DNA of 64,000 nucleotides from Candidatus Marinacidobacterium sp. (GTDB lineage: Bacteria > Acidobacteriota > Vicinamibacteria > Marinacidobacterales > Marinacidobacteraceae), in the NCBI GenBank assembly GCA_965204755.1, contig OZ242011.1, positions 2,784,001 to 2,848,000 of the forward strand, read 5' to 3'. Below, piece by piece: positions 1 through 8,212 of this stretch. A model generated the notes under the pieces. It was not told where the DNA came from, did not search any database, and saw only the letters and a list, made by a program, of their open reading frames with translations. Positions within the stretch are counted from its first letter, which is position 1, and each line of letters starts with the position of its first letter. Both the position numbers and the translations under genes were made by a program.

Positions 1-439
1 CGACCGGGAGCGGGAAGTCCGGGACGAGTTGGCGCGGCGGCTCGAAGAGGCCGGCCTCGCGCCGCCGACGCTGGCCGACGCCGCGCGCGAGTTGGAGGCC
101 CCGGCGCCGCTGGTGGACGCGATGCGCCGGCTGCTCGCCCACGAGGGCCGCGCGGTGGTGGTGACGGCCGACCTGGCCTTCGACGCCGGGGCGCTCCGGT
201 CGCTGCGCGAGGCGGTCCGCGACCGGCGGGCGGTCAACCCGGAAGTCTCGGTCGGCTGGTTCAAGGAAGAGTTCGGGCTGAGCCGGAAGCACGCGATCCC
301 GCTGCTGGAGTGGCTCGACCGCGAGCGGGTGACGGTGCGGGTGGGGGATGTCCGCCGCATCCTCGCCCGCGCCGCGCCATCGTCGTCATCATCGGCGGCG
401 AAACCGGCGGCCGCCGTTCGCGGCGCTCCCGCGGCTTGA
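1..439 (+). CDS. selB: Selenocysteine-specific elongation factor, C-terminal winged-helix part (5' end outside window)
   Basis: FKEEFGLSRKHAIPLLEWLDRERVTVRVGDVR matches the SECIS-binding WH4 motif of SelB. Confidence 0.85.
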   Translation, partial: DREREVRDELARRLEEAGLAPPTLADAARELEAPAPLVDAMRRLLAHEGRAVVVTADLAFDAGALRSLREAVRDRRAVNPEVSVGWFKEEFGLSRKHAIPLLEWLDRERVTVRVGDVRRILARAAPSSSSSAAKPAAAVRGAPAA

Positions 440-2859
440 ACGCGATCCTCGCGGACCTGCGGTTCGCGCTGCGCGACCTCCGGCGCCGCCCGCTCCTCAC
501 CGGGCTCGCGGCGGCGTCGCTCGCCCTGGCGATCGGCGGCAACGGCGCGCAGTTCTCCTTCATGAGCGCGCTGCTGCTTCGCCCGATGCCCTACCCGGAG
601 CCGGAGCGCGTCGTCGTCCTCTGGCAGACCGACCCGGCGAACCCCGCGGTGGACCTGATCCCGGTGTCCTCCGCCAACTACGACGACTGGCGGCGCGAGG
701 CGCAGTCGTTCTCCACGCTCGCCGCGCAGCGCATCCGCCCGATGAGCATCACCGGCGGCGACCTCCCCGAACCGGTCACCGGCGCCGAAGTCCGCGCCGA
801 GTTCTTCCCGCTGCTCGGCGCGCGGATGCATTTGGGCCGAGTCTTCCGGCCGGAAGAAGTGGAAGCCGGCCTGCGCGTGGTCGTCCTGTCGTTCCTCCAC
901 TGGCAAAACCGCTGGGGCGGCGACGCGGACTTGGTGGGCCGCGACATCGAACTCGAAGGCGAGCCTTACGAAGTGCTCGGCGTCCTCGAAGACGGTTTCG
1001 AATTCCTGCAGGGCGGCACCGCGCTGTGGACGCCGATGGAGTTGACCCCGGCGCGTCTTTCGCGCGACCGCCGCGACCTGATGGTGGTGGGCCGGTTGGC
1101 GCCCGGCCGTTCGAGCGCCGACGCCCAGCGCGAGATGGAAGTCCTGAACGACCGCCTGGTCGCCGCCTATCCCGACTCGAACCGGGGTTTCGGCATCCAG
1201 GTGCTCACGCTCGAAGAACTGCTCACCTACGGCCCCCGCGAAGAGTTCTTCTTCCTGATGCAGGGCACGATCTTCTTCGTCCTGCTCATCGCCTGCGCGA
1301 ACCTGGCGAACCTGCTGCTGGCTCGCGCGATCGACCGCCGCGGCGAAATCGCCGTCCGCGCTTCCGTCGGCGCGACGCAGCGGCGGGTATTGCGCCAGTT
1401 GCTGGTGGAGGCCGGTCTGCTCGCCGGTCTCGGCGGCGTCGCCGGCCTGCTGCTGGTTTGGGGGTTGATCGGGGCGCTTCGTTACTCCTTCTCTTCCAGC
1501 GAACTCATGCCGCGCCACTTCCTGCCGGAGATGGACGCCGGGGTCGTCGGCTTCACGCTGCTGGTTACGGTCATCGCCGCGCTGACCTTCGGGATCGCGC
1601 CGTCGCTGGAAGGCGCCCGCGGCGCGCTCTCCTCCGGTCTCTCCGAGCAGGGGCGCGGCGGCTCCTCCGGCGGCCGCGGCCGGCGATACCTGTCGAAGGG
1701 GTTGGTCGTCGGCCAGTTGGCGGTGGCGCTGGTGCTGCTCGGCGGCGCCGGGTCGTTGATGCGGGCGTTTTCGTCGCTGGCGTCGAGCGATCCCGGTTTC
1801 CGACCCGACGGGTTGCTGGTGTTCACCGTGAACCTCCCGGAGAGCCGTTACCCCGCTCCGGCGGGCCAGGCGGAGGCGGCGGAACGGTTGGAGCAGGCGG
1901 TTGCGGCGCTTCCCGGAGTCACCGGCGTCGCGCTCACGAACCATGTTCCCTATACCTACCTGTCGCCGAAACTCCCCTACCGCCTTCCCGGCGAAACCTC
2001 GTCTTCCGACGATGCCCCGGCGCGAACCGCGACGGTGATCACGGCGTCGCCGGACTACTTCGCTTCGCTCGGCGTGCCCTTGATGCAGGGCCGGGTCTTC
2101 GACCGCAACGACCGCGAAGGCGCCCCGCCGGTGGCGCTGGTGAACCGCGCTTTCGCCGAGAGCATCTGGCCGGGAGGCGAACCGCTCGGCCAACAACTCG
2201 AAGTCGGCGGCGAAGCGCGCGAAGTGGTGGGCATCGCCGGCAATGTCAAACAGGACGCCTTCCTCGACAGCGCCATCGGCGGCGAGCGGATCGTCTATCT
2301 CCCCTGGGGCCAGGCGGCGTCGCCGGCGCTCTTCGGCATGGCGCGGACGGCGGCGGACCCCGCCGGGCTGGCGCGCCAGGTGCGCGAAACCATCGCCGGC
2401 GTGGACCGCGGCATCTCGACCTCGAATGTCCGCCCGCTCCCGGAGATGCTCGCCGAGTTCCGCATCGGCCTCGACGCGATCTCCGGGTTGCTCGCGGGTT
2501 TCGGCCTGCTGGCGCTGGGCCTCGCCGGATCGGGGATCTACGGCGTGACCCGCTACGGCGTATCCCGCCGCACCCGCGAGTTCGGGATTCGCGGAGCGTT
2601 CGGGGCTTCGCCGCGGGGCCTGCTCCGCCTGGTCATGCGCGAGGCGGTGACGCTCGCTTTGCTCGGCTTCCTCATCGGCGCTCCGTTCATGGTCGTCGTC
2701 GTGATGTTCGTCCGCCGGATGCTCGCCGGAATGAGCCTCCCCAGCCCCCTCGCCGCCGTCGCGGTCGCCGCCCTCCTCTTCGGCGTCGCCCTCCTCGCCA
2801 GTTGGCTCCCCGCCCGCCACGCCGCCCGAATCCCCCCGAGCCAGGCGCTCCGGTATTGA
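436..2859 (+). CDS. ABC-type duplicated permease (ADOP/MacB-FtsX family)
   Basis: TTG start overlaps the selB stop; DLRFALR..LRRRP N-terminus, LLIACANLANLLLAR, RTREFGIRGAFGA and SWLPARHAARIPP motifs. Confidence 0.9.
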   Translation: MNAILADLRFALRDLRRRPLLTGLAAASLALAIGGNGAQFSFMSALLLRPMPYPEPERVVVLWQTDPANPAVDLIPVSSANYDDWRREAQSFSTLAAQRIRPMSITGGDLPEPVTGAEVRAEFFPLLGARMHLGRVFRPEEVEAGLRVVVLSFLHWQNRWGGDADLVGRDIELEGEPYEVLGVLEDGFEFLQGGTALWTPMELTPARLSRDRRDLMVVGRLAPGRSSADAQREMEVLNDRLVAAYPDSNRGFGIQVLTLEELLTYGPREEFFFLMQGTIFFVLLIACANLANLLLARAIDRRGEIAVRASVGATQRRVLRQLLVEAGLLAGLGGVAGLLLVWGLIGALRYSFSSSELMPRHFLPEMDAGVVGFTLLVTVIAALTFGIAPSLEGARGALSSGLSEQGRGGSSGGRGRRYLSKGLVVGQLAVALVLLGGAGSLMRAFSSLASSDPGFRPDGLLVFTVNLPESRYPAPAGQAEAAERLEQAVAALPGVTGVALTNHVPYTYLSPKLPYRLPGETSSSDDAPARTATVITASPDYFASLGVPLMQGRVFDRNDREGAPPVALVNRAFAESIWPGGEPLGQQLEVGGEAREVVGIAGNVKQDAFLDSAIGGERIVYLPWGQAASPALFGMARTAADPAGLARQVRETIAGVDRGISTSNVRPLPEMLAEFRIGLDAISGLLAGFGLLALGLAGSGIYGVTRYGVSRRTREFGIRGAFGASPRGLLRLVMREAVTLALLGFLIGAPFMVVVVMFVRRMLAGMSLPSPLAAVAVAALLFGVALLASWLPARHAARIPPSQALRY

Positions 2860-2879
2860 AGTCCCACGAGGTGGTGGCT

Positions 2880-3335
2880 ATGTCGCCCGATGCCATCGAG
2901 CGGGACTTCCGCGAGGCGGTGTCCGCGAGGATCGAGTTGGTGGCGGACGGAGCGGAGCGCTACCGCGTGCTGAACCCTTTCCTCTTCGACGACGGCGACC
3001 ACTTCCCGATCGTCCTGCGGCGCGAGGGAGGGAAATGGGTGCTCTCCGACGAAGGCAACACCTGGATGCGGCTGACCTACGAACTCAGCGAGAAGGATCT
3101 CCGGCGCGGGAGTCGTCGAAAAGTCTTGGCTGATGCTCTGTCGCTGTTCGAGATCGAGGATCGAGACGGGGAGTTCGTGATCTCGGTGCCGGGAGAACGC
3201 TATGGCGATGCGTTGCTTTCCTTCGTCCAGGGGATATCGAGGGTTGCGGGCGTCGCGCTGCTCTCACGCGAACGAGTAAGCGCGACTTTCCGCGAGGACC
3301 GCGATGACTCGCGGACGGACGAAGAAGCGGACTGA
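2880..3335 (+). CDS. DUF1828-like protein, probably C-terminally truncated
   Basis: PFLFDDGDHFPIVL..WVLSDEGNT motif; ends shortly after RERVSATFRED. Confidence 0.6.
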   Translation: MSPDAIERDFREAVSARIELVADGAERYRVLNPFLFDDGDHFPIVLRREGGKWVLSDEGNTWMRLTYELSEKDLRRGSRRKVLADALSLFEIEDRDGEFVISVPGERYGDALLSFVQGISRVAGVALLSRERVSATFREDRDDSRTDEEAD

Positions 3336-3397
3336 CGGGGCCGGAGCAGCGGAATCGCTCACTGCTTGCGGTTCGAAGAATGGACTTCGAATCGATG

Positions 3398-4504
3398 TCA
3401 GCGAAGTTCGATGTTCATTCCCAGGCCGGCATCGACTTGGTCCGCGTCGAATCGTACGGCGAACCGAAGGCGCCGATCCAACTTGAAGACGAAGACCTCG
3501 GAGGCGAGATCGGGACTGTCGCGGTAGAGCGACGCCAGCGCCTCGAGACAGTCGAAACTGTGGGTCGTAGCCATGATCTGAACGGAGGATCGCGCGGCGG
3601 TCCGGATCAGGAAACGCCAAGCGTCCCGCATGACCGACCAGTGCGCGCTGCCGGCGATTTCGTCGGCGAGGACGCAGCCCCCGGTGCTCGTGATGACGGA
3701 GAGCGCGAGCGCCAGGGCGCGGGTGATTCCCCCACCGAGACTGCCCAGTGGGACGCGCCGCCGTTCGCCGTCGAGTCCGGCGAGGATGCCCGCGACTCCC
3801 GGCTGCGAACCGACGGCGACGCCGGCGAGGAAATGGAGGGACACGAGTCGTTCCTCCACGACCCGGAGCGCCTCGACCACCTCCGACTCGCGGCCTTCGA
3901 CCATCACTTGGTCCCACATCTCCCGCAGGATGTCGGCGTCGAGCGGATCCGAAGCAAGAAACGCGACCGGCATGGATTCTCGCTCCGAGGTCGCCGGGCC
4001 GCCGTGCAGGACCGGCCCGAGGGCCTGCCCGTCGCTGTCCAGCGGCACGAGCGCGCTCGACTGCGAGTCGCCGCCGGTGAACTCGAGGGCGAACTCCGGT
4101 AATGCGACGAGCGAGTCCCCGGCGCTTGCGTCGATTCGCCGACGCTCCGCCGCGATGAGCGCCCGCACCCGCAGCGAGATCGAACCGGGTTCAGGTTCCC
4201 CTTCGATCCGAAGGCATGGTGTCTCTTCCGGGCGGATCTCGTGGCCGGGGAAGAACTGAGCCGGGTCAGCCATCCATCGGCCTTCACCGCTTTCCGGATC
4301 GGCGACCCAACGCAACTCGCCGCGCCGCGCCGCCGCTCGGCGGAAGACGGCGGGACCACCGCGCGAGGCGAGCAGTTCCACGGCCTCCAGCAGCGAAGTT
4401 TTTCCGCTGCCGTTCTCGCCGACGAACAGGTTCACGCGGCCGAGACCCGACACCTCGTAGTCGTCGAAACTGCGGTACCCGCTCAGCCTCAGCGTATGGA
4501 TCAT
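3398..4504 (-). CDS. AAA_15/AAA_21-type ABC-like ATPase
   Basis: Walker A GENGSGKTS near the N-terminus, LGGG signature, VLADEI Walker B and ATTHS H-loop. Confidence 0.8.
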   Translation of the reverse strand: MIHTLRLSGYRSFDDYEVSGLGRVNLFVGENGSGKTSLLEAVELLASRGGPAVFRRAAARRGELRWVADPESGEGRWMADPAQFFPGHEIRPEETPCLRIEGEPEPGSISLRVRALIAAERRRIDASAGDSLVALPEFALEFTGGDSQSSALVPLDSDGQALGPVLHGGPATSERESMPVAFLASDPLDADILREMWDQVMVEGRESEVVEALRVVEERLVSLHFLAGVAVGSQPGVAGILAGLDGERRRVPLGSLGGGITRALALALSVITSTGGCVLADEIAGSAHWSVMRDAWRFLIRTAARSSVQIMATTHSFDCLEALASLYRDSPDLASEVFVFKLDRRLRFAVRFDADQVDAGLGMNIELR

Positions 4505-4592
4505 GTCGAGTTCTCGCTGCGCGCGGTGTTCCGGTACCGGTCAGCCGGGATGCTAACCATTACCGGGGGCGGGTCGGCGCGCGGCCGGCCGT

Positions 4593-5397
4593 GGCTAAAC
4601 TGACCGGCCCATGGCCAGCGTGACCGTCAACAAGACCATCCGGGCGGCGCCGGAGCGGGTGTTCGCCATTGCGACCGATCTCCCGAACATCGCGGAGACG
4701 GTTTCCGGGATCGAGAGCGTGGAGGTGCTGACGGAGGGGCCGGTGGGCGTGGGGACGCGGTGGCGGGAGACGCGGAAGATGTACGGGAAGACCGCCACCG
4801 AGGAGATGCGGGTCACCGGTTTCGAGCCGCCGCGGTCGTTCGTGGTGGAGGCCGAGTCGAACGGCGCCCACTACACGACCGAGTTCCGCTTCGAGCCGGA
4901 GGGGCTCGGAACCCGGCTCACGCTGGTGTTCGGCGCCCGCCCGCTGACGCTCGCGGCGAAGGTGTTCTCCGTCGTCGGCGTCCTCATGGCCGGAACGGTG
5001 CGGAAGGCCCTCGAACGGGACATGGAGGATGTGAAGCGCGCCGCCGAAGCGGAGGCCAAGTCGTAGCGACGCGGCCGCCGGGCGCGATGACGGCGCGGGC
5101 GCCGTCCGCGGATGCCCGGAACGCGCCGGAGGAGGGGCTCGTCCTCCGGACGGAGCGCCTGGTGCTGCGCCCCTTCCGCGAATCCGACTTCGACGCCGTC
5201 CACGAGTACGCGTCGGACTTCGAGACCACCGCGTACCTGCGCTGGGGGCCCAACCGGCCGGAGGACACCCGCGCTTTCCTGGTCGAGGTGGCGGGCGGCC
5301 GGCTGGCGCCGCGCCAGTTCGACTTCGCCGCCGTGGAAGCGGCCGGCGACCGCCTCGGCGGCGGGCTCCGGCTGCTCGAACGAGCCCCCCGCCGCTA
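4593..5397 (+). repeat. Direct repeat copy 1 (~805 bp) of 6184-6988
   Basis: Near-identical sequence at a constant offset of 1591 bp through the coding part. Confidence 0.95.
4611..5066 (+). CDS. SRPBCC/polyketide-cyclase family protein (copy 1)
   Basis: 151 aa; IRAAPERVF..GPVGVGTRWRETR pattern. Confidence 0.8.
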   Translation: MASVTVNKTIRAAPERVFAIATDLPNIAETVSGIESVEVLTEGPVGVGTRWRETRKMYGKTATEEMRVTGFEPPRSFVVEAESNGAHYTTEFRFEPEGLGTRLTLVFGARPLTLAAKVFSVVGVLMAGTVRKALERDMEDVKRAAEAEAKS

Positions 5398-5398
5398 G
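5087..5398 (+). pseudogene. Truncated GNAT (RimJ/RimL-like) acetyltransferase
   Basis: 5' half of 6678-7298; a TAG is created exactly at the repeat end. Confidence 0.8.
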
Positions 5399-5465
5399 AT
5401 TCATAGTGTAATCGGGCCCGTTCAACGAACGGATCCGGCGTTGTGGTGCAGCCGATGCGGCGTCG

Positions 5466-5873
5466 CTACGGGCGCCAGTTCTCGAGCCGAAGGTTGGGTA
5501 TTCTCGCCATGTGTTTCTCGTCCGTGCTCACCAAGGTGCCGTCGAGAACGATCGCGTGAGCGGCGATGGCGACATCGAAGTCCTCGATTCGCCTTCCTTT
5601 TCGCTCAAGATCGACCTTGAGGATGCCGAATGTGCGGCTCACCTCATCTGTCCACTCGGCCCGCATCGCCCGGTTGAGAAACAGGTCGAGGCGTTGTGTC
5701 AATGCCTCAAGTCTCTTCGATTTCTTCAGGCGGGACAGCCCGTATCGAATCTCTGCGATGACGGGTTGTGGCAGCAGGACATCGGGTCGCGGATGTGTCA
5801 GAAGGCGGGCACACACTTCCCGATCTCCCTTCATGGCCAACGACAGCGTGTTCGTGTCGAGGATGTATCTCAC
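5466..5873 (-). CDS. vapC: VapC PIN-domain toxin
   Basis: YILDTN, IAEIRYG, DFDVAIAAHA and LVSTDEKH PIN motifs. Confidence 0.92.
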   Translation of the reverse strand: MRYILDTNTLSLAMKGDREVCARLLTHPRPDVLLPQPVIAEIRYGLSRLKKSKRLEALTQRLDLFLNRAMRAEWTDEVSRTFGILKVDLERKGRRIEDFDVAIAAHAIVLDGTLVSTDEKHMARIPNLRLENWRP

Positions 5874-6124
5874 AGAGCGGGCGGTCCCTTCCGGGTCCGG
5901 TTTGCCACGATCGCCCGGAGCATCTCATCGACGAGTTCATGGCTGCGGGTGTCCGCACGCGCGGCCTCGAGCATCTCGACGAAGTCGGCGCCCCACTCGG
6001 TGTCAGTTGCCAGACTGCGTTCGAGGGCGCGAACGATGTAGCGGTTCCGGCTCATGTCGAGGTCGCGGGCTCGGCGGTCGACGGAGTGGAGGAGGTCTTC
6101 GGGGAGATGGACGGTCGTAGGCAT
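5870..6124 (-). CDS. CopG/RHH antitoxin (VapB-like)
   Basis: TTVHLPEDLLHSVDRRARDLDMSRNRYI ribbon-helix-helix; 4-nt overlap with vapC. Confidence 0.85.
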   Translation of the reverse strand: MPTTVHLPEDLLHSVDRRARDLDMSRNRYIVRALERSLATDTEWGADFVEMLEAARADTRSHELVDEMLRAIVANRTRKGPPAL

Positions 6125-6183
6125 GGCGGATAGAGTAGGAATATAGTCGCTGTGCTTGGCCTAGTCAAGGGGGCTCGGGCGGC

Positions 6184-6988
6184 GGCTAGACTGCCGGCCC
6201 CATGGCCAGCGTGACCGTCAACAAGACCATCCGGGCGGCGCCGGAGCGGGTGTTCGCCATTGCGACCGATCTTCCGAACATCGCGGAGACGGTTTCCGGG
6301 ATCGAGAGCGTGGAGGTGCTGACCGAGGGGCCGGTGGGCGTGGGGACGCGGTGGCGGGAGACGCGGAAGATGTACGGGAAGACCGCCACCGAGGAGATGC
6401 GGGTCACCGGCTTCGAGCCGCCGCGGTCGTTCGTGGTCGAGGCCGAGTCGAACGGCGCCCACTACACGACCGAGTTCCGCTTCGAGCCGGAGGGGCTCGG
6501 AACCCGGCTCACGCTGGTGTTCGGCGCCCGCCCGCTGACGCTCGCGGCGAAGGTGTTCTCCGTCGTCGGGGTCCTCATGGCCGGAACGGTGCGGAAGGCG
6601 CTCGAACGGGACATGGAGGATGTGAAGCGCGCCGCCGAAGCGGAGGCCAAGTCGTAGCGACGCGGCCGCCGGGCGCGATGACCGCGCGGGCGCCGTCGGC
6701 GGACGCCCGGAGAGCCCCGGAGGAGGGGCTCGTCCTCCGGACGGAGCGCCTGGTGCTGCGTCCCTTCCGCGAGTCCGACTTCGACGCCGTCCACGAGTAC
6801 GCGTCGGACTTCGAGACCACCGCGTACCTGCGCTGGGGGCCCAACCGGCCGGAGTACACCCGCGCCTTCCTGGCCGAGGTGGCGGGCGGCCGGCTGGCCC
6901 CGCGCCAGTTCGACTTCGCCGCCGTGGAAGCGGCCGGCGGTCGGCTCGGCGGCGGGCTCCGGCTGCTCGAACGAGCCCCCCGCCGCTA
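6184..6988 (+). repeat. Direct repeat copy 2 of 4593-5397
   Basis: Sequence comparison. Confidence 0.95.
6202..6657 (+). CDS. SRPBCC family protein (copy 2, identical protein)
   Basis: Same translation as 4611-5066. Confidence 0.8.
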   Translation: MASVTVNKTIRAAPERVFAIATDLPNIAETVSGIESVEVLTEGPVGVGTRWRETRKMYGKTATEEMRVTGFEPPRSFVVEAESNGAHYTTEFRFEPEGLGTRLTLVFGARPLTLAAKVFSVVGVLMAGTVRKALERDMEDVKRAAEAEAKS

Positions 6989-7298
6989 CGAGTTGAGTTT
7001 CGTCTTCGCCCGCCGGGTCCGGGGGCGGGGCTACGCCACGGAGTCCGTCCGCCGCCTCCTCCGCTTCGCCGCCGCCGACCTCGCGGCCGAGGAGGTCTTC
7101 GCCCTGGTCGTCCCGGAAAACCCCGACTCCCGCCGCGTCCTCGTCCGCTGCGGCTTCCACCCGGCCCCCGACCCCGCCCCCTACGCGGCGTGGCGCGAGG
7201 GCCTCTGCTCCACCGCCGAGGCCCTGCGCTTCACCCCCGGCCTGCGGTGCTATCCTGCTGGCGCGAGCCAAGAACACCGGCGGAAAGGAGGTCCCTGA
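6678..7298 (+). CDS. GNAT acetyltransferase (RimJ/RimL family)
   Basis: LRTERLVLRPF, RGRGYATE and PENPDSRRVL motifs. Confidence 0.85.
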   Translation: MTARAPSADARRAPEEGLVLRTERLVLRPFRESDFDAVHEYASDFETTAYLRWGPNRPEYTRAFLAEVAGGRLAPRQFDFAAVEAAGGRLGGGLRLLERAPRRYELSFVFARRVRGRGYATESVRRLLRFAAADLAAEEVFALVVPENPDSRRVLVRCGFHPAPDPAPYAAWREGLCSTAEALRFTPGLRCYPAGASQEHRRKGGP

Positions 7299-7300
7299 CC

Positions 7301-7885
7301 GTGGCGAAGCGTAAGGCGAAGCACACGGCGACGCCGCACTTCCTCATGCTGACTTGGGGCGACGACGGCAAGCCGTCGATCGGAACATCGCTCACGGTGC
7401 AGCCGGCGAAAATTCTCCCGGCGCTGATGTTCCCGTCCATCGCGGAACTCGATGTGGCCGGCAGCCTCTCCGACGCGATGAAGCCGCCGGCCACCAACGG
7501 TCAGGCGAGCCGGCGAGACCTGGAACGAGCATCGGGCGCGCTGGCTGCCTTGATGGCGATCGAGATGCGGAGTGACGCAAGCGGGTTCGCCGCCGTTCTT
7601 CCTGACGGCGCCATCCGACTCTTCTTCCACGCCCGCGAACTCCCGGTCAACGCGCCCATGGAGATAACCGACAGCATGAAGAAGATCGCGGATGAACATC
7701 GCGTTCAGATCAGCGCCGTCGGTATTTCAGACGCTGACCGAAAGTTCCTGGAAGGCGCCAGCGACCGGGTCGCCACACAGTGTCTGTTCTCCAACATCGC
7801 CGCGCTTCTGGTGCGGATGAAGGTGACCGGCAACGGGATAGAAGCCGGTGTTCGAGAGGCGATTCGCCGCGGTAACTCGCCATGA
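7301..7885 (+). CDS. Hypothetical protein
   Basis: GTG start after AGGAGG; non-shadow amino-acid composition. Confidence 0.6.
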   Translation: MAKRKAKHTATPHFLMLTWGDDGKPSIGTSLTVQPAKILPALMFPSIAELDVAGSLSDAMKPPATNGQASRRDLERASGALAALMAIEMRSDASGFAAVLPDGAIRLFFHARELPVNAPMEITDSMKKIADEHRVQISAVGISDADRKFLEGASDRVATQCLFSNIAALLVRMKVTGNGIEAGVREAIRRGNSP

Positions 7886-8163
7886 CGCATCCTCCCGTTC
7901 ATCCGTCGACCTCGGTCGACCCCATAGTAAACCAGGCGATTCGCGCGGAAAAAGCGCGTTTCCGCAGGGAACATCGCGCACAGAGCAGGCAGCAAAAGCA
8001 AATGCTGCGGCACGGACGGAAGTCCGCCCTGAAAGTTGTGCGCCGGTTGCTCAGAGGACTCAACAACCGGAAGGTCTCGTGGGGAATTCTGCTTGGCGGC
8101 ATAGGCGCGCTGCTCAGCGGAACGGGGACGCTTTTACAGGGCATCGCAGCGGTATTCGAATGA
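7882..8163 (+). CDS. Small basic protein with a C-terminal hydrophobic segment
   Basis: ATGA overlap with the upstream gene; hydrophobic tail WGILLGGIGALL. Confidence 0.5.
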   Translation: MTHPPVHPSTSVDPIVNQAIRAEKARFRREHRAQSRQQKQMLRHGRKSALKVVRRLLRGLNNRKVSWGILLGGIGALLSGTGTLLQGIAAVFE

Positions 8164-8212
8164 CCGCACGGCAGAGCCCGCCCCGCCGACGCCCGCCCCT
8201 GCGGCGGCGCGG

